64,000 nucleotides of DNA from Pedobacter sp. (GCA_050253415.1 JBFWJC010000001.1:648679-712678); one strand, 5' to 3'. Shown: positions 39,400 to 49,191, counted from the first letter of the stretch. Translations and numbers: made by a program. Notes: generated by a model from the letters alone, not told the origin.

Positions 39400-40701
39400 A
39401 TGAAAAAAACGGCCATTCTAATCGCAGGGTTGATTGTCGCAGCAATGTTTGGGGCGACTTGCTATTCCAGCGTAAAAACTGAAAAGATATTTACCGCCCA
39501 AACGGAAAAGATGCGGGAGTTGTACGGGCCGATGTTGGGAGTAAGTCTGGATAACTATGAGCGTGGATTTTTTCACTCCCAGGCCAAGACCACTCTGCAG
39601 GTGGGGCAGGCAACGCCTGTGCATATGCTTCATCGGGTGACGCATCTGCCCTGGGGGGCGAGGGTGGTGACGACCGTCGACCAAGGTGTCTATGCAGATG
39701 AAGATTTGGCTGCAATCCGTGAACAATTACCTCTGGATCAGCTGAAGCTCGTCTGCCATTTTGGCATAACCGGGAGTTCCGATGCGAAGATGGAAATACC
39801 GGCCATTGTCATGGAACAGAATGGCGCAAAGATAAGTTTGGCCGGCATCGGCCTCAGCGGTGGACTCAATGCGGCCATGGATCGTGGGGATTTCGATGTC
39901 AGGATCGCAAGCCTGCAGGTGCAGTCTACCGATGAGAAAGACCTTGCCATTGCCGGGTTGCGCTACTTTGGAACCTATCGGGAGGTGAACGGTTTCCCTC
40001 TTGGCGAAGGAGCGTTTCAGCTGGATGACATTCAGGCCATGCATGGCGATATTGTTACGCATGCACTGAAAAAACTCCTCTGTCGTTTCAATAGCACACT
40101 GACGGATCAGACCTTAAACGAATATGTGGACATCACTTTTGGAAACATAGCGGTTTTAGACGCATCTTGTTCAAGCGGTCAGTTGAAGTTCGATATCACC
40201 GGCTTGGATGCCGAAAGCGTTCGCGCAATTCGTGAAGTTTATCGGGGCTCTTCGGCGGCGGCTCTGGATGGGGGGGACGTTGATCCCTTTATGTTGCAGC
40301 TGCAGGTTATGTCCAAGGGCATGGAATTGTTGCAAAAAGGTATGCGCTTCAAACTTGATGCCCTGAGGTTGGAACATGCCAATGGGTCGATGAGCGCTGA
40401 GGGATTTGTTGATCTGAAGAAAAGGGAAGATGGTTCCGCGCCGGCATTTGACCTGAAAAATATCGAGGCGCAAGCAAATCTGCATTTTGATAAGGGTGCG
40501 TTTGCTGACGGGTATCGCCTGGCCAGTGCCCTGCGTGGAAACCGCAGTCTCGCTGAGGATCTTTCCCGTCAGGCGGAAACGCTCGCGCAGTCGCTGTTGG
40601 CGCAAGGAGTTCTGATACAGGCTGAGGATGGTGGCCTGAGCGCTGACTTATCCTTTGCCGATGGCAAGGCGAGCTTGAATGGGAAGCCCATGTCGCGTTA
40701 A
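39400..40701 (+). CDS. YdgA/DUF945 family exported protein
   Basis: N-terminal anchor, YERGFFHSQAKT, H.VTHLPW, C-terminal LNGKPM. Confidence 0.8.
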   Translation: MKKTAILIAGLIVAAMFGATCYSSVKTEKIFTAQTEKMRELYGPMLGVSLDNYERGFFHSQAKTTLQVGQATPVHMLHRVTHLPWGARVVTTVDQGVYADEDLAAIREQLPLDQLKLVCHFGITGSSDAKMEIPAIVMEQNGAKISLAGIGLSGGLNAAMDRGDFDVRIASLQVQSTDEKDLAIAGLRYFGTYREVNGFPLGEGAFQLDDIQAMHGDIVTHALKKLLCRFNSTLTDQTLNEYVDITFGNIAVLDASCSSGQLKFDITGLDAESVRAIREVYRGSSAAALDGGDVDPFMLQLQVMSKGMELLQKGMRFKLDALRLEHANGSMSAEGFVDLKKREDGSAPAFDLKNIEAQANLHFDKGAFADGYRLASALRGNRSLAEDLSRQAETLAQSLLAQGVLIQAEDGGLSADLSFADGKASLNGKPMSR

Positions 40702-40722
40702 TCGGTTCGTATTAAAAATAAT

Positions 40723-40756
40723 GAGCCGCTTTCAGTGTCTGGAGGCGGCTTTTTTG
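40723..40756 (+). terminator. Intrinsic terminator
   Basis: gagccgcttt...ggaggcggctttttt. Confidence 0.7.
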
Positions 40757-40882
40757 TGTCCGGGGTGGTCGAAAATCGTTTTTGAGTGGGAGGGACAACG
40801 GTCACGTTGGATCGCTTTCCCATGGCGGACCATCTATTTCAGTGCGTCAGGCTGGGCGAGTATGGCTCTGGTAGTCTCCGGG

Positions 40883-41989
40883 TCAAAAAATCGATGGCGT
40901 AAAGGGAAGATTCAGGGCTTTTGCAACGGCCTGGTTATGCAATCGACCTTGGTGAAGGTTCAGTCCCTTGGCCAGCGCCGGGTCTTCGTTCAATGCCTGT
41001 TGCAGTCCCTTGGTTGCCAAATCGCGGATGTACGCCAGGGTACTGTTGGTCAGGGCAAAGGTGCTGGTACGGCTGACGGCGCCGGGCATGTTGGCCACTC
41101 CGTAGTGCAATACCCCGTGTACTTCGCGTACCGGATCGTCATGGCTGGTAGGACGGATCGTTTCCACGCAGCCACCTTGATCCACGGCCAGATCGACAAT
41201 TACGCTGCCTGCTTCCATCTTTTTTACCAGAGCTTCCGACACAAGGTGGGGAGCCTTGGCTCCCGGAATCAATACCGCACCGATGACCAGATCCGCCCTT
41301 GATACTTCCTCTTCGATATTCTGAGAGTTCGACATCAGGGTGTGGATATGATTGCCGTAGTGATCGTCCAGGATTGCCAGACGTGCCGGTTCAATGTCGA
41401 GTACGGTGACATCTGCCCCCATACCCACAGCTATACGCACCGCATTGCTGCCCCCGGTTCCGGCCCCCAACACCACGACGCGCCCGGGGCGTACTCCTGG
41501 AGCGCCAGCGAGCAGTACCCCTTTGCCACCATGTTCTTTTTGTAAAAATTGGGCGCCAATCTGAACCGCCATGCGACCTGCCACTTCGCTCATTGGCTGC
41601 AACAGAGGCAGGCTGCGATCGGCCAACTGGATGGTTTCATAGGCGAGAGCGGTAACCCGGTTATTAAGGAGCGAAGAGGTCAGTTCCGCGTTGGCAGCCA
41701 GGTGCAGATAGGTGAATAAACATTGCCCGGGGCGCAGCAACTCGTACTCTTCGGGGAGTGGCTCCTTGACCTTGACGATCAGTTCCGCCGCCGCATAGAT
41801 GCTGTCAGCGGTTTGCAGTATGTCGGCGCCTGCCCGGCGATATTCCTCGTTGCTGAGTCCGCTGCCTGCTCCCGCCCCCTGTTCTACCAGGACCGTGTGG
41901 CCAGCTTCTGTTAGCGTCCTCGCTCCGGCCGGAGTCATTGCGACGCGGTATTCACGGGTTTTGATTTCTTTGGGAATTCCTATAATCAT
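40883..41989 (-). CDS. ald: Alanine dehydrogenase
   Basis: GIPKEIKTREYRV, KVKEP, PMSEVAGR, DQGGC, VANMPGAV. Confidence 0.97.
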   Translation of the reverse strand: MIIGIPKEIKTREYRVAMTPAGARTLTEAGHTVLVEQGAGAGSGLSNEEYRRAGADILQTADSIYAAAELIVKVKEPLPEEYELLRPGQCLFTYLHLAANAELTSSLLNNRVTALAYETIQLADRSLPLLQPMSEVAGRMAVQIGAQFLQKEHGGKGVLLAGAPGVRPGRVVVLGAGTGGSNAVRIAVGMGADVTVLDIEPARLAILDDHYGNHIHTLMSNSQNIEEEVSRADLVIGAVLIPGAKAPHLVSEALVKKMEAGSVIVDLAVDQGGCVETIRPTSHDDPVREVHGVLHYGVANMPGAVSRTSTFALTNSTLAYIRDLATKGLQQALNEDPALAKGLNLHQGRLHNQAVAKALNLPFTPSIF

Positions 41990-42045
41990 AGACGGAACAT
42001 GCTCCCGACAAAGCAGGTAACCAGGTCCCGGTGGCGGGGACCTGA

Positions 42046-42079
42046 AAAAAGGGCCGGTGCGTATGGCACCGGCCCTTTG
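42046..42079 (-). terminator. Intrinsic terminator of serA
   Basis: aaagggccggtgc-gtatg-gcaccggcccttt perfect stem. Confidence 0.8.
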
Positions 42080-42088
42080 TGGATGAAA

Positions 42089-43693
42089 TTATTCTTCCGG
42101 GCGAGCCTTAATCAGATGCAGATACTTGATGAAACTGGCCTCGACCATGGAGCCGATTTCGTCCACCACGTTGGACGGTACAGCTGAGTCCAGCGACAGA
42201 ATAACCATGGCTTCTCCCCGTTTTTCCTGGCGGCCGAGGTTCATGGCGGCAATATTGATATCGTGCTCGCCCATGATCTGACCGATTTTGCCGATCATGC
42301 CCGGCTGGTCCTTGTAGGTGATGACCAGCATGTGTTCTTCCGGAGCAAAGTCGACCTGACAGTCACGCAGGCGCACAATGCGGGGCTGACCTTCGAAGTG
42401 GGTGCCGACGATGGACCGGCGCATGCCGGGGCCTTCGATGTCGATGGTAACGGTGTTGGCAAATGCCGCCGGATCAGGATTTTTGACTTCCTCGATGGTA
42501 ATGCCCATGTTTTCGGCTATGAGCGAGGCGTTAACCATGTTGACATCCTGCTCCACCTTGTTGTCCAGCAGGGCGGCCACACCGCAGACGGTAATGGGTG
42601 TGCAGCAGAAATTGGCAACATTGCCCTGATAAGTAAAGGTGATTTTGTTCAGGTTGGAATCGGTCAGTTGAGACACGAAATCGGCCATGATATTTACCAG
42701 CCGCAAAAACGGCCGCATCTGCCCCATCAGCGAGCTGTCGAAACGCGGAATATTGGCGGCGTATTCCATGGGTTGCTCGTTAGCAAACCGCACGATGTCC
42801 TTGGCCACGTCGATGGACACGTTGATCTGGGCCTCGGCGCTGGAGGCTCCCAGGTGAGGTATGGCAAGCATACGTTCGTGCGCAATAAGCTGTTTGATGT
42901 GGTCGCTTTTGGGCGGTTCTTCGCTCCACACGTCGACGCAGGCCGTTCCGACCTTACCGCTTTCCAGGGCAGCCAGCAGAGCCGGTTCGTTGATGATCCC
43001 GCCGCGGGCAGTGTTGACCAGGATGACGCCATCTTTCATTTGTTCAAATTCGGCGGCATCGATGAGGTTGCGGGTTTCGTCGTTGAGAGGTACATGTACG
43101 GAAATGACGTCGGAGGTTTTGATCAGTTCCTCAAGGGAAACAAGCCTTACGCCGAGATCCTGTACCCGCTTTTCCGAGATGTAGGGGTCGCAGCCGATAA
43201 CTTCGCAACCAAACGCCTTCAGGCGGGTGACCACGCCGCCGCCGATCTTATTGAGCCCGATGACACCGGCAACCTTGTCTTTGAGTTCCATGGCTTTAAT
43301 GGAACGGTTCCATTCGCCACTCTTTATACTGTTGTCAGCTTTGACCAGTTTGCGACAGGCCGCCAGGATAAGAGCCATAGCGTGTTCAATGACACTGTTG
43401 ATATTGCCGAACGGTGCGTTGCAGACGATGATTCCTTTTTCGCTGGCCGCTTTGAGGTCGACGTTGTCCAGCCCCACCCCGGCTCTGGCGACGACTTTGA
43501 GATTTTTCCCGGCCTCGAGCAGTTCACGGTCCGCCTTGGTCGCGCTGCGAATCACCAGTGCCTCATAGTTGCCGATGATGTTCAGCAATTCTTCCCGGGT
43601 AAGGTCGGTTTTGACGTCCAACTCGATGAGGGATTCTTTTTCAAGGATCAATAGCCCCTCTTTGGCAAGTTTTTCCGCAACCAGAATTTTCAT
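42089..43693 (-). CDS. serA: D-3-phosphoglycerate dehydrogenase, long form with ASB and ACT domains
   Basis: RAGVGLDNVD, NTARGG, PHLGASS.EAQ, DQPGMIGKIG; ATG at 43693 with aaggag RBS. Confidence 0.95.
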   Translation of the reverse strand: MKILVAEKLAKEGLLILEKESLIELDVKTDLTREELLNIIGNYEALVIRSATKADRELLEAGKNLKVVARAGVGLDNVDLKAASEKGIIVCNAPFGNINSVIEHAMALILAACRKLVKADNSIKSGEWNRSIKAMELKDKVAGVIGLNKIGGGVVTRLKAFGCEVIGCDPYISEKRVQDLGVRLVSLEELIKTSDVISVHVPLNDETRNLIDAAEFEQMKDGVILVNTARGGIINEPALLAALESGKVGTACVDVWSEEPPKSDHIKQLIAHERMLAIPHLGASSAEAQINVSIDVAKDIVRFANEQPMEYAANIPRFDSSLMGQMRPFLRLVNIMADFVSQLTDSNLNKITFTYQGNVANFCCTPITVCGVAALLDNKVEQDVNMVNASLIAENMGITIEEVKNPDPAAFANTVTIDIEGPGMRRSIVGTHFEGQPRIVRLRDCQVDFAPEEHMLVITYKDQPGMIGKIGQIMGEHDINIAAMNLGRQEKRGEAMVILSLDSAVPSNVVDEIGSMVEASFIKYLHLIKARPEE

Positions 43694-43997
43694 TGTAGCT
43701 CCTTTTGTGTTCAAGCAACTGTCTGACCGGGGGGCGGAGGGGACATGCATGGGATGTCCGAAGGGGGTGCCTCGGGGTCGGGTTAGGGTTGACGTCTGGA
43801 CAGGCTTCACCGAAAAGTCTGCCCAATTCCAGGACTTGAAAAGCCTTGCCATAATATAAAACGCAGATAATTTTTGCCAGTAAATTTGTCCTTCTAAGAA
43901 TTGTTTAAAAAAAGCTGGTAAAATAAGAGCGTATTCACTATTATACCGTTCAAATTTATTAGGTTTTCCTAAATACGTACAATACAGGATTGTTAAT

Positions 43998-44795
43998 ATG
44001 TGTCGCTTTTTATCTCTATTGCTCATCTCATTTCTTGTCATCGGGGTCGCCAGCGGTTTTCGTGTGTCTCAGGGCAAGATTCTCCAGAATGGTTTTCTGG
44101 CCAGTTGCTTTCGGGGCTACAGTGCCGCATGGGGGCAGGAACTATGGCGTTCTGACGGAACTTCCGAGGGTACTACGCTTATCCGTGATATCAATCCTGG
44201 CAGTAACTCGGGGCAACCCTATCAGTTCAGAGCATCGGATGAGCTGCTCTATTTCGGCGCCGACGATGGCAGCCACGGCTTTGAGTTGTGGCGTTCCGAT
44301 GGCAGCGCCACCGGTACTCAGATGGTGGCGGATATCAATGACGGCCCGGCCGGTTCTTTCCCGGCCGGCATCACCATTTTGGGCAAGCGGGTTTGCTTCG
44401 GAGCGGACGACGGCAGTGCCGGTCGCGAACTGTGGTGCTCGGCTGGTACCGCTAACGATACCCGCATGATTATGGATATCTTTCCGGGTTCCAAGGGATC
44501 TAATCCGAGATATTTCACCGAAGTGGAAGGTATGCTGTTGTTCGAAGCCGATGACGGCATACATGGCAGGGAATTGTGGCGCACGGACGGCACCCCGGAG
44601 GGTACCATGATGGTCTACGATATTTTCGCCGGTAGCGATAATTCCTGGCCATCCAATTTTTCCAAGACCAACGGAATATTGTTGTTTCGCGCCACCGATA
44701 GTATTCACGGGCGCGAACTATGGCGTAGCGACGGTACCCCGGAGGGAACCTACATGGTTAGGGACCTCAATAAGGGGGTGAAAAGTGCCTTCTAG
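43998..44795 (+). CDS. Secreted ELWxxDGT-repeat protein (five repeats of about 48 aa)
   Basis: ELWRSDGT, ELWRSDGS, ELWCSAGT, ELWRTDGT, ELWRSDGT; hydrophobic N-terminus. Confidence 0.9.
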   Translation: MCRFLSLLLISFLVIGVASGFRVSQGKILQNGFLASCFRGYSAAWGQELWRSDGTSEGTTLIRDINPGSNSGQPYQFRASDELLYFGADDGSHGFELWRSDGSATGTQMVADINDGPAGSFPAGITILGKRVCFGADDGSAGRELWCSAGTANDTRMIMDIFPGSKGSNPRYFTEVEGMLLFEADDGIHGRELWRTDGTPEGTMMVYDIFAGSDNSWPSNFSKTNGILLFRATDSIHGRELWRSDGTPEGTYMVRDLNKGVKSAF

Positions 44796-44849
44796 GCAAT
44801 GTCCATCCGCAACTCGGATGCAATGAATTGATAATGCTCAAGGCAAAAT

Positions 44850-44888
44850 AAAAAAGGGACCTGCATTTCTGCAAGTCCCTTTTGTTTT
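44850..44888. terminator. Bidirectional terminator
   Basis: aaaaagggacctgca-tttc-tgcaagtccctttt. Confidence 0.75.
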
Positions 44889-44891
44889 ATT

Positions 44892-44968
<77 letters not shown>

Positions 44969-44981
44969 TCAGTGGAGTGTG

Positions 44982-45010
44982 AAGATACACAATCGTTTGA
45001 GAGTTGTCAA
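44982..45010 (-). promoter_or_regulatory. Sigma70 promoter of tRNA-fMet
   Basis: TTGACA-17 bp-TATCTT on the minus strand. Confidence 0.7.
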
Positions 45011-45053
45011 CCTGCAGTTTCGGAAAAATTTACAATCGGTGTTTTTTGTACGG

Positions 45054-45093
45054 TTGCCGCCATGACGCAAGGCTGATAGAATGATTGCGTCAT
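45054..45093 (+). promoter_or_regulatory. Sigma70 promoter with an overlapping 9-bp inverted repeat
   Basis: TTGCCG-17 bp-TAGAAT with TGn extension; ATGACGCAA (45062-45070) and TTGCGTCAT (45085-45093). Confidence 0.6.
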
Positions 45094-45114
45094 TCATTGA
45101 GAAGGATACAACCG

Positions 45115-45291
45115 TTGAGTAAATCCTCACCCAAACAAACGTATAATCGCCTTTGCGCACGGTGCCTGCGAGATTGCCGGCAGTCGGAAGGCACACTTTT
45201 AATCAGTTGTCCCCGCTTCATGCCCCGTCCCTTCAAGGTCAAGGATTACCGCTTTGACCAGCTCGATCTTTTTGGTCGTCCCCGCAAATAA
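45115..45291 (+). CDS. Small Cys-rich protein (58 aa) with a near-C-terminal QLDLF motif
   Basis: RBS gaagga, TTG start; MSKSSPKQTYNRLCARCLRDCRQSEGTLLISCPRFMPRPFKVKDYRFDQLDLFGRPRK. Confidence 0.7.
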   Translation: MSKSSPKQTYNRLCARCLRDCRQSEGTLLISCPRFMPRPFKVKDYRFDQLDLFGRPRK

Positions 45292-45473
45292 CCTTGCGCT
45301 TGATGACGTCGTAAACAATCCCTTTACAGCGTATGGCGTGCTTTTGCAGGCCCTCGGCATGTTTTTATCCACTCAAAGCACGGTCCGTGCAGGTCAAAAC
45401 ATGCCCTTGACCACCTTCTGTTTTTTTGCGTAAGCATTACGGTCGGGTGAGCCCTGATCTGTGCGGTATTTCT

Positions 45474-46601
45474 TTAGAATGCTAGGCGATCAAGGAAGTC
45501 CGTAATAAAGTGTGTGAACTTCTCGGGTTCCACCAGAAAGGAGTCATGCCCGTGGTCGGAGTCGATCAGATGGTATTCAACCGGTTTTTCCAGCTTATGC
45601 AGAATCTGAATAATTTCTTCAGCTTCCTTGGGGGGATAGAGCCAGTCGGAAGAAAAGGTAAACCATAGCGAGGGGCATTGGATACGTTGCAGGGCCTCTT
45701 CCCGGCTTTCATAATTCCAGGCAACGTCGTAAAGATCGAGAGCCTTGGCCAGGTAGAGAAACGCGTTGGTATCGAACCGGTCAATAAAGGATCGGCCGTT
45801 GTATTCCAGATACCGCTCAACTTCAAACTGCCCAAAGAAATCGAACATGCCGTCACGGGCCGAGAAACGACGACCGAATTTGAGATGCATGGACGCATTG
45901 GACAGAAAGGAGATATGTCCGATGGCACGGCCGAGGGCCAAACCGTCTGCCGGAGGGTGTTCCGGTTTGTAGTTGCCCTTTTTCCACATGGGGTCGTTAA
46001 AAATTGCCTGGCGCGCAAGGGCGTTGAGAGCGATAGCCATGGGCGATGTGCGCCCGGTTCCGGCAATGGGGATGATGGACCGGACCCGTTCAGGGAACAG
46101 CACCCCCCACTCAAGGGCCTGCATGGCTCCCATGCTTCCGCCGATGACCGTTAGCAGGCGTTGTAAGCCGAGGTGATCGATGAGGCGTTTCTGGGCGCGG
46201 ACCATGTCCCGCACCATGATGACCGGAAAGCTGAGGTTGTAAGGGCGCCCGGTGCGCGGATTAATGCTGGTCGGTCCGGTGGAGCCGCCGCAAGAACCGA
46301 TCACATTGCTGCAGACGACGAAGTAGCGGTTGGTGTCGAGGACTTTGCCGGGGCCGATCATGTCGTCCCACCAGCCGGGTTTGCGATCTTCGCTGGAATG
46401 CCGGCCGGCCGCATGGGCATCGCCGGTCCAGGCGTGGGTTACAAGAATGGCGTTGGAGCGATCGGTGTTGAGCTTCCCGTAGGTTTCATAAGCCAGTCTG
46501 ATGGGGGCGGTAAGTAGACGGCCGCTTTCCAGGCGCAGGTCGCCATCGAAGTCGATGAACTGGGTTTTGACGATGCCGACTGAATCTTCCAAGATCAACA
46601 A
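45474..46601 (-). CDS. metX: Homoserine O-acetyltransferase
   Basis: [37 protein letters not shown]; lies downstream of a SAM riboswitch. Confidence 0.95.
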   Translation of the reverse strand: MLILEDSVGIVKTQFIDFDGDLRLESGRLLTAPIRLAYETYGKLNTDRSNAILVTHAWTGDAHAAGRHSSEDRKPGWWDDMIGPGKVLDTNRYFVVCSNVIGSCGGSTGPTSINPRTGRPYNLSFPVIMVRDMVRAQKRLIDHLGLQRLLTVIGGSMGAMQALEWGVLFPERVRSIIPIAGTGRTSPMAIALNALARQAIFNDPMWKKGNYKPEHPPADGLALGRAIGHISFLSNASMHLKFGRRFSARDGMFDFFGQFEVERYLEYNGRSFIDRFDTNAFLYLAKALDLYDVAWNYESREEALQRIQCPSLWFTFSSDWLYPPKEAEEIIQILHKLEKPVEYHLIDSDHGHDSFLVEPEKFTHFITDFLDRLAF

Positions 46602-46614
46602 GCCTTCCCGTGCA

Positions 46615-46652
46615 TAAAAAAACGGCCCTTCCCGGAGATTGGGAGGGGCCGT
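46615..46652 (-). terminator. Expression-platform terminator of the SAM-I riboswitch
   Basis: Minus strand acggcccctcccaatctccgggaagggccgttttttt between the aptamer and metX. Confidence 0.85.
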
Positions 46653-46687
46653 GAGGATTAATTATGATCCTGCTGCATGCGGCTCCA

Positions 46688-46796
46688 TCCTCATCTCTCC
46701 CCTGGGCAGGGGTAGGAATTAGCACCTGGCATCCGCGCCGGCAGATCGGTTGCTGTGGTTTCACAGGGCCTATCCCTCCACCACTCTCGATAAAGA
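46688..46796 (-). ncRNA. SAM-I (S-box) riboswitch
   Basis: Minus strand TTATCGAGAGTGGTGGAGGGATAGGCCCTGTGAAACCACAGCAACC...GGTGCTAATTCC...AGATGAG; TTGACA-17-TAGAGT promoter at 46854-46826. Confidence 0.96.
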
Positions 46797-46973
46797 CAGT
46801 ATAGTTTTACCTATATGTTGCGGAAACTCTAAAGGAGCAACCGCCAAATGTCAATCATTCTCTCTTCTTTGGTGGATGGGGCTTAGCCTGGTCGCAGGCA
46901 GGTCCGATCCGCAGTCGGAAGAAGAAAGGTCGCAGTCGCGTGTCAAAACAAACACGCGTTATGAATGAGGGTT

Positions 46974-47420
46974 CTAAAGTTTGCTGACAAGTTGGTCTAC
47001 AGGATCCTTGCAGTTTTTACCCATTTCGCAAAGCTGGGCAAAGCTGTAACGATTCAGAACCTCAATCAGTTGCGCGCGTGCTTCATGCCATACCTTGTTG
47101 ACCGGACAGTACAACTCACGTTCGCAATGGGATTCATCTGCCAGGCACAGATTGAGGTGAAGAGGGCCTTCTTCAGCCTTGATGACGTCGAGCAAGGTTA
47201 CATCCGCCGGATCTTTCATCAGGAAGAAACCGCCGCCGACGCCACGATGGGAACCAACGATGCCCAGTTTTATAAGAGGCTGAAGAATTTTAGTCAAAAA
47301 AGCGGGGGTAATGCCTTGCTCCCGGCAGATATCTTTTTTTAAAACTATTTCTCCTCGTGGCTGGCTGGCCATGAATAAAACGGCTCGTATAGCGTACTCG
47401 GTTGCTCTGGTAATGATCAC
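46974..47420 (-). CDS. Rrf2 family transcriptional regulator with three Cys (possible Fe-S ligands)
   Basis: TEYAIRA, S.RGVGGGF, C-x6-C-x5-C. Confidence 0.93.
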   Translation of the reverse strand: MIITRATEYAIRAVLFMASQPRGEIVLKKDICREQGITPAFLTKILQPLIKLGIVGSHRGVGGGFFLMKDPADVTLLDVIKAEEGPLHLNLCLADESHCERELYCPVNKVWHEARAQLIEVLNRYSFAQLCEMGKNCKDPVDQLVSKL

Positions 47421-47690
47421 ATCAAAATCCTTGAAAAGATGACTTTAGAGGTTATGAATAACCTGTCCTGTGCCCATTGTCAATATTCAAATTGCTCCAG
47501 ACGAAAAAATGTATACAGTGTTGGTTTTGGTCCATGATGCCGGGTTAAATTTTATGGCCTGCGGAAGCATTTATGCTTTATGATGAAGCGTTAGTAAGGA
47601 GCGTGCATTAGCAGGGATAGCGCAAATTATTGCGCTGCACCGTCTTGTTGCACAGCGGGTTCTGAAGACATTCACTCATGGAGATATTCG

Positions 47691-48038
47691 ATGGAGAAAA
47701 TTGCTCTGGTTGGCTTTAACGGTGAGTCCATGTGTTTTGTCCATGTTTTACTCAATGCCCTTGATATGCAGGCCAGGGGTTTTGACGTGCGGGTGATTAT
47801 CGAGGGCAGCGCTGTTCGCCAGATTGCGGAACTCGCCGAATCGTCTCATCCATTTGCGGCGCTTTGGGCCGATGTGCGGAAGTCCGGCCTGATCTGGGCA
47901 GTGTGCCGCGCTTGTGCTGTCAAGATGGATAGCCTCGCGGCCGCCCAGGAGCAGGGTTTGCCGGTGCGTGGCGATATGTCGGGCCATGTTGCCCTGGCCG
48001 AGTGTGTGCTGGAAGGGTACCGCATTATCACGTTTTGA
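47691..48038 (+). CDS. DsrE-like protein
   Basis: CFVHVLLNALDM, EGSAV, VCRACA, GY.IITF. Confidence 0.8.
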   Translation: MEKIALVGFNGESMCFVHVLLNALDMQARGFDVRVIIEGSAVRQIAELAESSHPFAALWADVRKSGLIWAVCRACAVKMDSLAAAQEQGLPVRGDMSGHVALAECVLEGYRIITF

Positions 48039-48134
48039 AGTCCGTTAAGTATGTGTTTTTTGGTTCTGGCGACGGGCACTTATTCCAATGGGGCGGCATG
48101 ATTGCAATGGTATTTTTTTGATTATGGAGGGGGC

Positions 48135-49154
48135 GTGACCGTAAGATTCTGGCGATGCGTGTGGGTGGTCGGACTGTTTTTGCTGCAGGTTAACACAGGG
48201 TATGGGCGACAAATCCGTTGCGACGATCCCTTGTCTTTGTGGCAGGATCGTCCGGTAAAGCAGGCCATTGTTAATTTTGTCCGGCAGGTAATTGATCCTG
48301 CCGACGTTGCGTATGTTCCACCCGGAGACCGTATCGTCACCATCGATATGGACGGTACTCTTTTATGCGAACGGCCTTTATCCGTGGGGATGGTATTTGC
48401 GGAGAGTCTGCTGGAAGAGTTGGCCGAGGTGCCGCAGTTGCAGGGCAGACAACCCTTTGATGCCGCACGCCAGGACAGGCTCAAGGCGCTGCGCAGGGAG
48501 CATTTTGAACTGTTCTTCGGCATGTCGGGCGCCGGCCTTGAGGAGGATACTGTTCGGGAAAAGGTGCGGACTCTGGCCCGCCAGGCGCGTCATCCGCGTT
48601 TTGACCGTCCGTATCGGGATCTGTTTTATGATCCCATGCTGCAATTGGTTACTTACCTGGTACGCAACGATTTTATCGTCTACGTGCTTTCCGGCTCGGA
48701 TCAGACCGTGGTTCGCACCCTGTGTGCCGAACGGTCGGAGTTGGCAGGCTTGCCGCCATCGCGTTTTATCGGGACTCTGGTGGCGCTGGATGTCGATTAC
48801 GGCACAAGTGGGCCGGTTTATTACCGCTTGGCCAGGGAGCTGGAGCCGGTCAACCTGCGTAAAGGCAAAGCCCTGAATATCCTCTATCGCATCGGGCAAA
48901 AGCCGATTCTGGCCGTGGGTAACAGTGAGGGCGACTGCGGTATGCTGGCCGCGACCCTCGGCTCGGGGTATCCTGCAACCATGCGCCTGTTGCTGCGACA
49001 TGATGACGACGAGCGTGAGTACCTTTATCCCCGAACGGAAAGGTCGGGCGCTGCGGATCAAGCCGGTCTTTGCCAAGCTCAGGTCGGAGCCGATATCCTC
49101 GCCATCAGTATGAAAGAGGATTTCCGCCAGATCTTTGGGCACCCCGCCAAGTGA
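48135..49154 (+). CDS. Secreted HAD-family hydrolase/phosphatase
   Basis: DMDGTL motif I, LSGS, GKA, GNSEGD; signal peptide; GTG start with ggagg RBS. Confidence 0.85.
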   Translation: MTVRFWRCVWVVGLFLLQVNTGYGRQIRCDDPLSLWQDRPVKQAIVNFVRQVIDPADVAYVPPGDRIVTIDMDGTLLCERPLSVGMVFAESLLEELAEVPQLQGRQPFDAARQDRLKALRREHFELFFGMSGAGLEEDTVREKVRTLARQARHPRFDRPYRDLFYDPMLQLVTYLVRNDFIVYVLSGSDQTVVRTLCAERSELAGLPPSRFIGTLVALDVDYGTSGPVYYRLARELEPVNLRKGKALNILYRIGQKPILAVGNSEGDCGMLAATLGSGYPATMRLLLRHDDDEREYLYPRTERSGAADQAGLCQAQVGADILAISMKEDFRQIFGHPAK

Positions 49155-49191
49155 GCCATTCGTCCGCCTGCAACCGGAGGGCGTCGGCCGA

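Noticed and set aside
42263..43654. 463-aa ORF antisense to serA
   Set aside because: Antisense shadow; the same applies to 13289-14548, 17286-18626 and 4367-5500
43694..44041. 116-codon in-frame N-terminal extension of serA
   Set aside because: The ATG at 43693 has a good RBS and matches the normal SerA start; the extension overlaps the divergent gene and is not protein-like
45333..45350. Sigma54 promoter-like TGGCGTGCTTTTGC
   Set aside because: GG-to-GC spacing is 9 rather than 10, and no downstream gene is on that strand
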